Source: Candidatus Muiribacteriota bacterium
GTDB taxonomy: Bacteria > Muiribacteriota > Muiribacteriia > Muiribacteriales > Muiribacteriaceae
Direction of reading: 5' to 3'
NCBI GenBank assembly: GCA_051747805.1
Contig: JBNJGP010000024.1
Coordinates: 1 to 33,421, forward strand
Length of the DNA stretch: 33,421 bases
Positions 1 to 7,357 of this stretch are shown in pieces (position 1 is the first letter of the stretch; every line of letters starts with the position of its first letter). The translations under genes and the position numbers were made by a program. Under the pieces are notes generated by a model, which worked only from the letters and a program-made list of their open reading frames with translations, searched no databases and was not told the origin of the DNA.

Positions 1-53
1 AGTGACCGCAAACAAGTTTGCTAGTGACCAAACCCATACGGGTTTTAGTGACG
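1..53 (-). repeat. Tandem (T)AGTGAC-tagged mini-hairpin repeats, truncated at window edge
   Basis: AGTGAC at 1, 23 and 47, separated by two different palindromes: GCAAAC-aa-GTTTGC (8-21) and AAACCC-atac-GGGTTT (30-45). Confidence 0.55.
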
Positions 54-110
54 AAAAAAGCGTGCTTGAAACAAAAAACATAATATTAAATATAAAAACT
101 AAGCTTAAAG

Positions 111-145
111 CTGGACCCCGGCACAAAACATTACCGGGGTGACAG
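111..145 (-). repeat. REP-like palindromic element (TGTC/CGTC-tagged type)
   Basis: Minus strand reads cTGTC-ACCCCGG-taatgttttgtg-CCGGGGT-CCAG; GC-rich stem 115-121/134-140 in AT-rich intergenic DNA, no U-tract. Confidence 0.5.
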
Positions 146-411
146 AGCAGAAGCAAGAAATATAGATTATTTACAGAAATATAAAAGTTAAAATTAATTA
201 CGGAACAAAATCACAAAAAAATTCAAGAGCGTATATACAGCAAATTGAAAGTACTTCAATATGTAAACTAAACCCATCAAAAGATAAAATCCCTCTTTAT
301 AAAGCGGTTTTTTGGGATTTTTGTAGTGGTTGATTTTAACTTAAATATACCTATAGTAAGATTAAAAATAAAAACTATATAAGTAAGTAACAGTTTTTAT
401 TTGTTTTTTTT

Positions 412-430
412 TTATTTTATGATAAAATAA
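412..430 (+). promoter_or_regulatory. Palindrome containing an extended -10 (TGaTAAAAT) 7 nt upstream of ATG 436
   Basis: TTATTTTAT-G-ATAAAATAA; TAAAAT at 423-428; no Shine-Dalgarno before 436. Confidence 0.45.
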
Positions 431-435
431 TTTCT

Positions 436-876
436 ATGAAAATAAATAAATCCGGAATGACACTTGTTGAGTTAATGATTACGCTTGTTATTTTGGTAGT
501 GGCAGGCGGTCCGATAATTTATATGTTCATAATGTCTTCAAGAGGTGTTAGCTCCGAGGCAAAACATTTCACAGGAATGTATTTAACAAAAGGACTTGTT
601 GAGAAACACCTTGAAGAAGTTTACAGAAATCCAAAAGTAGTTCTTCACGATGGGTCTTTTGAAGAACCTTTTGAAGATTATTCCTATACAGTAGAATATG
701 AACCAGTGGAAGATGAAGAACTTCTCTATAAAGTTACTGTTACAACAGAATGGCCGGGGAAAGTTAGAAACATTAAATATCCTCTTTCGTTCTTGATTTC
801 TAAAAAATATTCGCTTAGAATAGAAAATAAAACACATACTGCATGGGATGATGAATATGGACCACTTGGTTTTTAA
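436..876 (+). CDS. Prepilin-type N-terminal cleavage/methylation protein (minor pilin/pseudopilin, PilV/GspI-like)
   Basis: KSG|MTLVELMITLVIL class III signal peptide with E5, hydrophobic helix, C-terminal YKVTVTTEW beta strand. Confidence 0.85.
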   Translation: MKINKSGMTLVELMITLVILVVAGGPIIYMFIMSSRGVSSEAKHFTGMYLTKGLVEKHLEEVYRNPKVVLHDGSFEEPFEDYSYTVEYEPVEDEELLYKVTVTTEWPGKVRNIKYPLSFLISKKYSLRIENKTHTAWDDEYGPLGF

Positions 877-1306
877 TAAAAAAGGCTCAACTATAATAAT
901 AGTTCTCGCACTTATTACAATTTTTTCAATTTTAGGCATTAGTCTTTTAATGTCAACTTCACAGGCTGACCATGAAAGACAGCGTCTTATCAGTCAACAT
1001 CAACTTAAATATATTGCAGAAGCCGGTATCACCCACGGCTTTCATAGTTTAAAAGATATCGATGCCTCAGAATTTGAAGGATATAAAGAATTTCAGAAAG
1101 ATTTTTCAGATGGCTCTTATACAGTTATAATGGAAGTTGATTCGTCTAATTCTAATATTATTAATATTAACTCAACAGGAAAAATTAACAAACAAAGCAT
1201 GGAAAAAAGTGCTGAGGCACATTTTAACCTAGATAGAAAAATTACTCTGAACACTCCTTTTTTATGTCAGGAAGAAATCACAAAACAATGGAAATTAAAA
1301 TTTTAA
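848..1306 (+). CDS. PilX/GspK-like minor pilin (start could be 848, 851 or 857)
   Basis: NKKG|STIIIVLALITIF lacking E5, then YIAEAGI motif and ININSTG, typical of the PilX N-terminal family. Confidence 0.75.
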   Translation: MMNMDHLVFNKKGSTIIIVLALITIFSILGISLLMSTSQADHERQRLISQHQLKYIAEAGITHGFHSLKDIDASEFEGYKEFQKDFSDGSYTVIMEVDSSNSNIININSTGKINKQSMEKSAEAHFNLDRKITLNTPFLCQEEITKQWKLKF

Positions 1307-1740
1307 AAATCTGTTTCATTTAAAATTTTTTCAATATCTAAAATAATAAGAAGTCTTTCGTCTGATAGTTTACCAATTCCTTTAATATGCTTTTTATCAA
1401 CAGCCGTAACAAGCTCTGGTGTAGGGTCAATTTTACCGGAATCCAGTCTTATAACCTCAGTAACATAATCTACAACCATACCAATTAACTTCTGTTCATG
1501 CTCAATTACAATAATTTTCTTTTCTTTATCTTCATCAGCCTCTCCAAATATTTCCAAACGGCTTTTTAAATTAATTACTGGAATAATATTCCCCCTTAAA
1601 TTAATAACACCTTCTACAAAAGTCTGAGCTTCAGGAATATGGGTGATTTCAGTCATTTTTATTATTTCTTTCACCTTCATTATATCTACTACATATTCTT
1701 CATTTCCTAATTTAAATCCTACAAGTTGTAGTTGAGCCAT
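1303..1740 (-). CDS. cheW: Chemotaxis coupling protein CheW
   Basis: LVGFKLGNEEY, VEGVINLRGNIIPV, GMVVD.V.EV, IKGIGK motifs; GGAGG RBS. Confidence 0.95.
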   Translation of the reverse strand: MAQLQLVGFKLGNEEYVVDIMKVKEIIKMTEITHIPEAQTFVEGVINLRGNIIPVINLKSRLEIFGEADEDKEKKIIVIEHEQKLIGMVVDYVTEVIRLDSGKIDPTPELVTAVDKKHIKGIGKLSDERLLIILDIEKILNETDF

Positions 1741-1786
1741 TTATTCCTCCTGTCTGCTATTTATACAACGGCTTTTATTATGTTCA

Positions 1787-1817
1787 TATTTTATGATAAA
1801 ATAGCACTTAAAGTCAA
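1787..1817. promoter_or_regulatory. Palindromic back-to-back -10 elements between divergent cheW and the Cys-rich gene; minus-strand TTGACT-N18-TAAAAT
   Basis: TATTTTAT-G-ATAAAATA at 1787-1803 (identical to 413-429); AGTCAA at 1812-1817. Confidence 0.45.
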
Positions 1818-1857
1818 ATAATAAAACAGGGTGAATCTAATTAACAGGAGGTCTATT

Positions 1858-2052
1858 ATGAGCACTAACTGTCCTAACAAAGAAGAAAATCTTCAAAAAT
1901 GCAACTGCACCTACAATGGTTGTCCAAGAATGGGTATTTGTTGCGAGTGTATTCATTATCACCGCCAAATGAATCAGCTTCCAGCATGTTATTTTAATAA
2001 AGAAGATGAAGCCACTTATGACAGGTCTATTTCATTTTTCAAAAGCCGATAG
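1858..2052 (+). CDS. Small Cys-rich putative metal-binding protein (DUF6485-like), 64 aa
   Basis: AGGAGG RBS before ATG 1858; CNCTY..C.R.G.CCECI.YH...LPAC.F pattern, 8 Cys. Confidence 0.8.
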   Translation: MSTNCPNKEENLQKCNCTYNGCPRMGICCECIHYHRQMNQLPACYFNKEDEATYDRSISFFKSR

Positions 2053-2285
2053 GAAAATCTGGTTTTAAAGTGTTTAGACCCTACCACTAAAGGTTTTTCG
2101 GACAAATTTTGAATTGCTGCGCTGATGAGAAATTTACTTTTTACCAGTTACCAGAGTATTCTAAACTCAGTAATAGTTTATGTTTGTAATATTTTCTAAA
2201 AATTTTTCTAATCACCAGTTTAATAAATACCGATAACTTTGTTGTAAATAAAACGGTGAATTTGCTAAATTTTTGGCATCCCCCC

Positions 2286-2798
2286 TTACTTAACAAGTAG
2301 GGGGTTTTTTTTTATCTTTTTTGCTACAATATAGGCAAGAATCAGTTTTATAAAATCCAGCGGAATATATACCATTACTGAGTATAAAGCTGCCTGAAAA
2401 CTCATATCAGTAATAAAAGAAAGCCAGTATATTCCAAAAATATAAAATATAATCAGAGCTATCATTAAACTGAAAAATTTAGAACTTTTTTTTATATATG
2501 TGGCGAGCGGGAAAAACAGAAATCCTGTTAAAAAGCCTCCTGTAGGACCAATAAACCATAAAAAGCCTCCTGCCCCGCCGGAAAAAACAGGCATTCCAGC
2601 AGCCCCAAGCACCAGATACAACAAAACTGCCATTAAAGCATATTCAGGCTCCAGAATAAAACAGGTTAAAAAAACAAAAAACACCTGCATGGTAAAAGGA
2701 ACGTTTGGAATTACTGGAAAAGATATATAGGCACCAATTGAAATAATAACAGCCATAAAACAGGTTATTATAGTTTTTGATAATTTTTTATTTTTCAT
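2286..2798 (-). CDS. bioY: Biotin transporter S component BioY
   Basis: VPFTMQ, YLVLGAAGMPVFSGG.GG, GPTGGFL.GF, D.IK motifs; hydrophobic. Confidence 0.93.
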   Translation of the reverse strand: MKNKKLSKTIITCFMAVIISIGAYISFPVIPNVPFTMQVFFVFLTCFILEPEYALMAVLLYLVLGAAGMPVFSGGAGGFLWFIGPTGGFLTGFLFFPLATYIKKSSKFFSLMIALIIFYIFGIYWLSFITDMSFQAALYSVMVYIPLDFIKLILAYIVAKKIKKNPLLVK

Positions 2799-3257
2799 TT
2801 ACTTCTTTATTAAATCTGCCGTTTCAATAGCAGAAAGTGCTGCAAAAAAACCTTTGTTTCCAGATTTAATTCCGGCTCTTTCCAGGGCCTGCTCCATATT
2901 ATCTGTTGTAATAACTCCAAATATAACAGGTACTCCTGTTTGAAGAGAAACCTGGGCAACACCTTTGGAAACTTCAGAGGCAACAAAATCAAAATGAGGT
3001 GTTTCACCGCGAATAACAGCCCCCAGAGTAATTATTACATCAAACTTTTTTGATTTTGCCATATTAAGAGCAATAACAGGTATTTCAAAACAGCCGGGTA
3101 CTTTGTATAAACAAATGTTATCTCCATCTACCTCGTTTCTTAAAAGTCCGTCCTCGCAACCTTCTATAAGTTGTTGAGTAATCATTGAGTTGAATCTTGA
3201 GGCTACTATACCAACTTTTAAATTTTTACCATTATAATTTCCTGAATAAATTTTCAT
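2799..3257 (-). CDS. ribH: 6,7-dimethyl-8-ribityllumazine synthase
   Basis: IVASRFN, VPGCFEIP, GAVIRGETPHFD, ERAG.K.GNKG. Confidence 0.97.
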   Translation of the reverse strand: MKIYSGNYNGKNLKVGIVASRFNSMITQQLIEGCEDGLLRNEVDGDNICLYKVPGCFEIPVIALNMAKSKKFDVIITLGAVIRGETPHFDFVASEVSKGVAQVSLQTGVPVIFGVITTDNMEQALERAGIKSGNKGFFAALSAIETADLIKK

Positions 3258-3310
3258 AACTTTCTCCTTAAAATTAATATGTTGAGTTTAGTAAATTTTT
3301 TTAAAAGGCT

Positions 3311-4501
3311 CTACAACATATGACCCATTTTTTTCTTTTTAGTTTCTAAATATTTTATATTACATTTGTGAGGTTTGGAATTAATCGGCTCAATTCCAGT
3401 TATCTCCATATTATAGGCCTGCAGACCCACAATTTTTTTAGGATTATTTGTCATAAGCCTGATTTTTTTAACCCCCATTTTTTTTAATATCTGTGCACCA
3501 ACTCCATAATTTCTTAAATCTGCTGGAAAACCAAGCTTTTCATTTGCTTCTACCGTATCCAGACCCTCATCCTGAAGTTTATAGGCGCGTATTTTGTTTA
3601 AAAGGCCTATACCTCTTCCTTCCTGTCTTAAATAAACAATTATACCCTTTTTTCTGTCTGAAATTTTTTCCATAGCTTTTTGAAGCTGATTTCCACAATC
3701 GCATCGTTTAGAAAAAAAAGCATCTCCCGTTAAACATTCCGAATGCATTCTTACAAGTATCTGTTCTTCTTTTTCCCATTCCCCCATATACAGGGCAACG
3801 TGCTCAGATTTATCGTGCTTGAATTTAAAACCTGCAATTTTAAAATTTCCAAACTCAGTCGGAAGCAAGGCTTCATGGACTTTTTCAACAAGAGTTTCTT
3901 TACTTATTCTATGCCTGATAATCTCTTCTACAGAAATAATTGGGATATCAAACTTGCTGGAAAATTTTTCAAGCTCCGGCATTCTTGCCATTGTACCGTC
4001 TTCGTTCATAATTTCGCAAATTACACCACTTGGATAAACTCCAGCAAGTCTGCATAAATCTACAGAAGCCTCTGTCTGACCAGCCCGCACAATAACACCA
4101 CCTTTTTTAGCACGTAAGGGAAAGATATGGCCTGGTTTTACAAAGTCTGAAGGTTTAGAATCTTCTTTTGAAAGCATTTTTACAGTTTGTGCTCTGTCAT
4201 GAGCAGAAATACCAGTAGTCACATTATGTTTTGCCTCAACCGAAACAGTAAAGGCCGTAGAAAACTGAGCGGTATTATTATCTACCATAAGAGGAATTTT
4301 AAGTTTATCCAGTCTATCGCCGGGAAGTGCACAACAAATCAACCCACGACCATGTTTTGCCATAAAGTTAATTAGTTCGGGTTTAACATGCTCCCCTGCA
4401 AACATCAAATCACCTTCATTTTCTCTATCTTCATCATCAACAATAATTACCATTTTTTTATTTTTAATATATTCAACGGCCTTTTTTAAGCTTTTATTCA
4501 T
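3311..4501 (-). CDS. ribBA: Bifunctional DHBP synthase / GTP cyclohydrolase II
   Basis: DDEDRENEGD, PGHIFPL, RMHSECLTGD..S.RCDC, QEGRGIGL, TNNP.K. Confidence 0.97.
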   Translation of the reverse strand: MNKSLKKAVEYIKNKKMVIIVDDEDRENEGDLMFAGEHVKPELINFMAKHGRGLICCALPGDRLDKLKIPLMVDNNTAQFSTAFTVSVEAKHNVTTGISAHDRAQTVKMLSKEDSKPSDFVKPGHIFPLRAKKGGVIVRAGQTEASVDLCRLAGVYPSGVICEIMNEDGTMARMPELEKFSSKFDIPIISVEEIIRHRISKETLVEKVHEALLPTEFGNFKIAGFKFKHDKSEHVALYMGEWEKEEQILVRMHSECLTGDAFFSKRCDCGNQLQKAMEKISDRKKGIIVYLRQEGRGIGLLNKIRAYKLQDEGLDTVEANEKLGFPADLRNYGVGAQILKKMGVKKIRLMTNNPKKIVGLQAYNMEITGIEPINSKPHKCNIKYLETKKKKMGHML

Positions 4502-5133
4502 AAACTCCCCCTGTTGTATCCTGTTTTATTTAAAAAATCTTCAGTTATAGTTTCTTTTTTATTCCCTCTCTGCTTTATTAAAACATCAAATTCAATATTA
4601 ACGTAACTACCTCTTTTTTTCTCCTTTAAATTTGTCCTTTTTAAAGTTTCGGGAATAATTCCTGCTACAAATTCATTATTTTTAACAAAGGCCACAGTTA
4701 ATGAAATTCCATCAAGGGCAACTGAACCCTTTTGAATAATATTATATTTGTTTCTGGGGGCAAGCTCTATGCTCAGGAGATATTCATTATTACTTTCTGT
4801 TATTTTGTTTATTTTTGAGTATGTATCAATATGACCAGTAACAATATGGCCATCAAAGCGGTCATTTGCCTTCATAGCCCTTTCAATATTAACTTTTTGA
4901 CCTTTTTTAAGAAACTTTAAAGTGGTGTTATTCCAGGATAATGGCATTATATCAAATAAAAATAAGTTCTTTTTTTTTTCTGTAAGAGTAAGACAAACCC
5001 CGTTGACTGAAATACTTGCACCCTCTGAACTTTCTTTTAAAATATCTTTCTCTTTAAGTCCCAGCTGGTAATTTTTATTGTTTCTACTTATAGAAGCTAC
5101 TACAGCCTTTGTTTCAATAAGTCCGGTAAACAT
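4498..5133 (-). CDS. ribE: Riboflavin synthase (alpha-chain type)
   Basis: MFTGLIE start, SVNGVCLT, GHIVTGHID, DGISLTV, VNIEFD. Confidence 0.96.
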   Translation of the reverse strand: MFTGLIETKAVVASISRNNKNYQLGLKEKDILKESSEGASISVNGVCLTLTEKKKNLFLFDIMPLSWNNTTLKFLKKGQKVNIERAMKANDRFDGHIVTGHIDTYSKINKITESNNEYLLSIELAPRNKYNIIQKGSVALDGISLTVAFVKNNEFVAGIIPETLKRTNLKEKKRGSYVNIEFDVLIKQRGNKKETITEDFLNKTGYNRGSL

Positions 5134-6200
5134 TTAACATTCCTTCCTGTAAAACTAAATCTAATATTATCTGAAATTTTTTTCACATCATTTAGACATA
5201 GTTTATTAAAGAGTTTTATAGGCTTCTTTTCTTCACATTCAAAGACGTTGAGAGCAAGTTTATCCCCGGCAATAACAGGAGCCTGATAAACAATAAATTC
5301 ATCTATTAAATTCTCTTTTAAAAAAGAGGAAAGCACTTTTGCCCCCCCCTCTACCATGATTTTACCAATTTTAAAATCTTTGTACAAAATCTCTGTGAGT
5401 TTTTTCAAGTTAAAAGGATTTATTTTTATGTAACTAGCACTTTTAATTTTATAATCTGGAGAGGCTGACACAATTATTAAAGGATTTTTTTTCGCTGTTT
5501 TTTCTAACTTAGAAGAAAAAGGCATTCTATTTTTTGTATCAAGCACAATACGTGTAATTGGTTTTTTTTCTTTAAAATCCCTTACAGTTAATTCAGGATT
5601 ATCATTAATTACAGTGTTAATACCAACAAGTATGGCATCACAGCCGTATCTTATAAAATGATTATCCTTTCTTGATTCCCGGGAGGTTATAAATTTAGAA
5701 TCTTTTTTATAATCCCCGATTTTTCCATCAAGGGTTTGTGCCCATTTAGCAAGAATATAACTTCTCTTTTGAAGTTGATTAATAAAATAAACACGGTTTA
5801 AAAAAACCCCCTCATTAAAAAGAACTCCACTTTCAAACTCAATATTATTTTCACTTAAAATTCTATTTGTTTTGCTGCAGGATTGAAAATTAGGGTCGTC
5901 TGTGCTCCATACTACTTTTTTAATTTTATTTTTAATTATTATATCAGTGCATGGAGGAGTTTTACCATAATGAGAACAGGGTTGTAAATTAACATAAAGA
6001 GTGGCTTTTTTAAAATCGCCTTTAATCTTTAATAAATTTCTTTCAGCATGATTTTTTCCATATTCAGCATGAAAATCCCCGGCTATAATTTTTCCATTAT
6101 TAACAAGAACAGCCCCGACCATAGGGTTGGGGCTGACTTTTCCATTACCTTTTAAAGCAAGTTTAAAACACTCTTTAATAAAATTTTTATGTTTATTCAT
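5100..6200 (-). CDS. ribD: Bifunctional diaminohydroxyphosphoribosylaminopyrimidine deaminase/reductase
   Basis: PNPMVGAV, HAE, PCSHYGKTPPC Zn motif, A.TLDGKI, VEGG. Confidence 0.95.
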   Translation of the reverse strand: MNKHKNFIKECFKLALKGNGKVSPNPMVGAVLVNNGKIIAGDFHAEYGKNHAERNLLKIKGDFKKATLYVNLQPCSHYGKTPPCTDIIIKNKIKKVVWSTDDPNFQSCSKTNRILSENNIEFESGVLFNEGVFLNRVYFINQLQKRSYILAKWAQTLDGKIGDYKKDSKFITSRESRKDNHFIRYGCDAILVGINTVINDNPELTVRDFKEKKPITRIVLDTKNRMPFSSKLEKTAKKNPLIIVSASPDYKIKSASYIKINPFNLKKLTEILYKDFKIGKIMVEGGAKVLSSFLKENLIDEFIVYQAPVIAGDKLALNVFECEEKKPIKLFNKLCLNDVKKISDNIRFSFTGRNVKCLPDLLKQRL

Positions 6201-7336
6201 TATTTTTCTATAATTTCAACATTTGCTCTCGGTATTACCTGTTTTGTTCCATCTTTTAACTCAATTTCAAGTACTCTTACCTTAGTTTCACTTTCCACAA
6301 CAGTTAATTCAACTGGGAGGGAAACAATTTTTGCAATTTCCCCAAAGTTCGGGTCTCTTATAATACGGATATATTCGCCGATATTCATACCAGTCATTTC
6401 TTTTTTTCCCTCTTCTTTCTGAAGTTTTGAAAGATTATCTGGAATATTTTCTGCTATAATAATTTCAGGTCTCATAACACCGGCTCTTATCTGAGTAGCA
6501 CCATTAATAGAGGCCTTTTTACCATTACAATCATTTAAAAGCTTCCATGTTTTCTCGGCCATTGCAATTTTTCCAAAACCTTCAGTTAAAACAAGGGTTA
6601 TTCCTTTTTCTTCATGCCCCGTAATTGCAACTCCAATATCATATCCCATGAAATTTTTTAAATCCTCTGCATCTACACAGCCGGCTATAATTCCGCGCGC
6701 TCCTACTTTAATAGCTTTATTCAAAGCGTCTGTGGTAACAAACCCGCCAGCCACAATAATTTTATTTTCCATTTCTTCGGTAATTTTATCACTATCTAAT
6801 ACATCTTTAAGCTCTTTAGTTGCAACAATAATATTTCCCTCAGTTTCTCCTCCAATTCCAAATATTCCCTGAATAAACGCTGCCTCATTACCTAAAATCA
6901 CCCCTTCTTCAGGTATTATTTCTTCAATAACACCATCTATATATGCCTTTAATTCAACGGGAATGGGTTTTTGTCTTATAATAACCTGTCCTGTAACTTT
7001 CGAAATATTTTCAATTTTACCCGTAGTAGGAGAATGGGCAAGAGAACGGAAAAAGCCAAATAACCCATCAGTCTGGGCAATTAATTCACCTTTTTCTACG
7101 TGGTCACCTTCTTGTTTAAGCATAACCTCATTTATTTCTGCAGGACTTATTGATAGTTTATTTACAACATTCAGCGGCTCAACATTGCCTGGCAGTTCGG
7201 TTTTAGCAATAACCTTATCAGAATTAACTTTATCTCCTTTTTTAACAAGAATATCTCCTTTTAAAGGTAAACGTCTTTCCTTTTTAACAACTGTTTTTGG
7301 GGCAACTTTAAGCCCTGGTGTATATGCATGTCCCAT
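6200..7336 (-). CDS. Conserved hypothetical soluble protein: barrel-sandwich-hybrid repeats, central alpha/beta domain, C-terminal KOW/SH3-like domain
   Basis: LVKKGDKV..DKVIA and LKQEGDHVEKGELIA...SPTTGKI half-motifs; AIKVGARGIIAG; IGEYIRIIRDPNFGEIAKIV; AGGAG RBS. Confidence 0.75.
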   Translation of the reverse strand: MGHAYTPGLKVAPKTVVKKERRLPLKGDILVKKGDKVNSDKVIAKTELPGNVEPLNVVNKLSISPAEINEVMLKQEGDHVEKGELIAQTDGLFGFFRSLAHSPTTGKIENISKVTGQVIIRQKPIPVELKAYIDGVIEEIIPEEGVILGNEAAFIQGIFGIGGETEGNIIVATKELKDVLDSDKITEEMENKIIVAGGFVTTDALNKAIKVGARGIIAGCVDAEDLKNFMGYDIGVAITGHEEKGITLVLTEGFGKIAMAEKTWKLLNDCNGKKASINGATQIRAGVMRPEIIIAENIPDNLSKLQKEEGKKEMTGMNIGEYIRIIRDPNFGEIAKIVSLPVELTVVESETKVRVLEIELKDGTKQVIPRANVEIIEK

Positions 7337-7357
7337 AAAAAAATCTCCTTATTAAAA

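Noticed and set aside
1..200. c-di-GMP riboswitch upstream of the pilin genes
   Set aside because: GCAAA is present but I could not build the two-stem GEMM architecture
1..260. CRISPR array (short repeats at 1-53; ATTGAAAG at 244-251)
   Set aside because: Repeats are only 6-8 nt with 14-16 nt gaps, ATTGAAAG occurs once, and there are no cas genes in the window
2053..2285. Transposase remnant or sRNA in the 233-bp gap (minus-strand frame reads KFLISAAIQNL)
   Set aside because: Only a short peptide resemblance bounded by a stop; no terminal repeats or stable structure seen
5975..5995. RibD NLQPC instead of the usual LEPC as a sign of inactivation
   Set aside because: HAE and both Zn cysteines are intact; one substitution is not enough evidence
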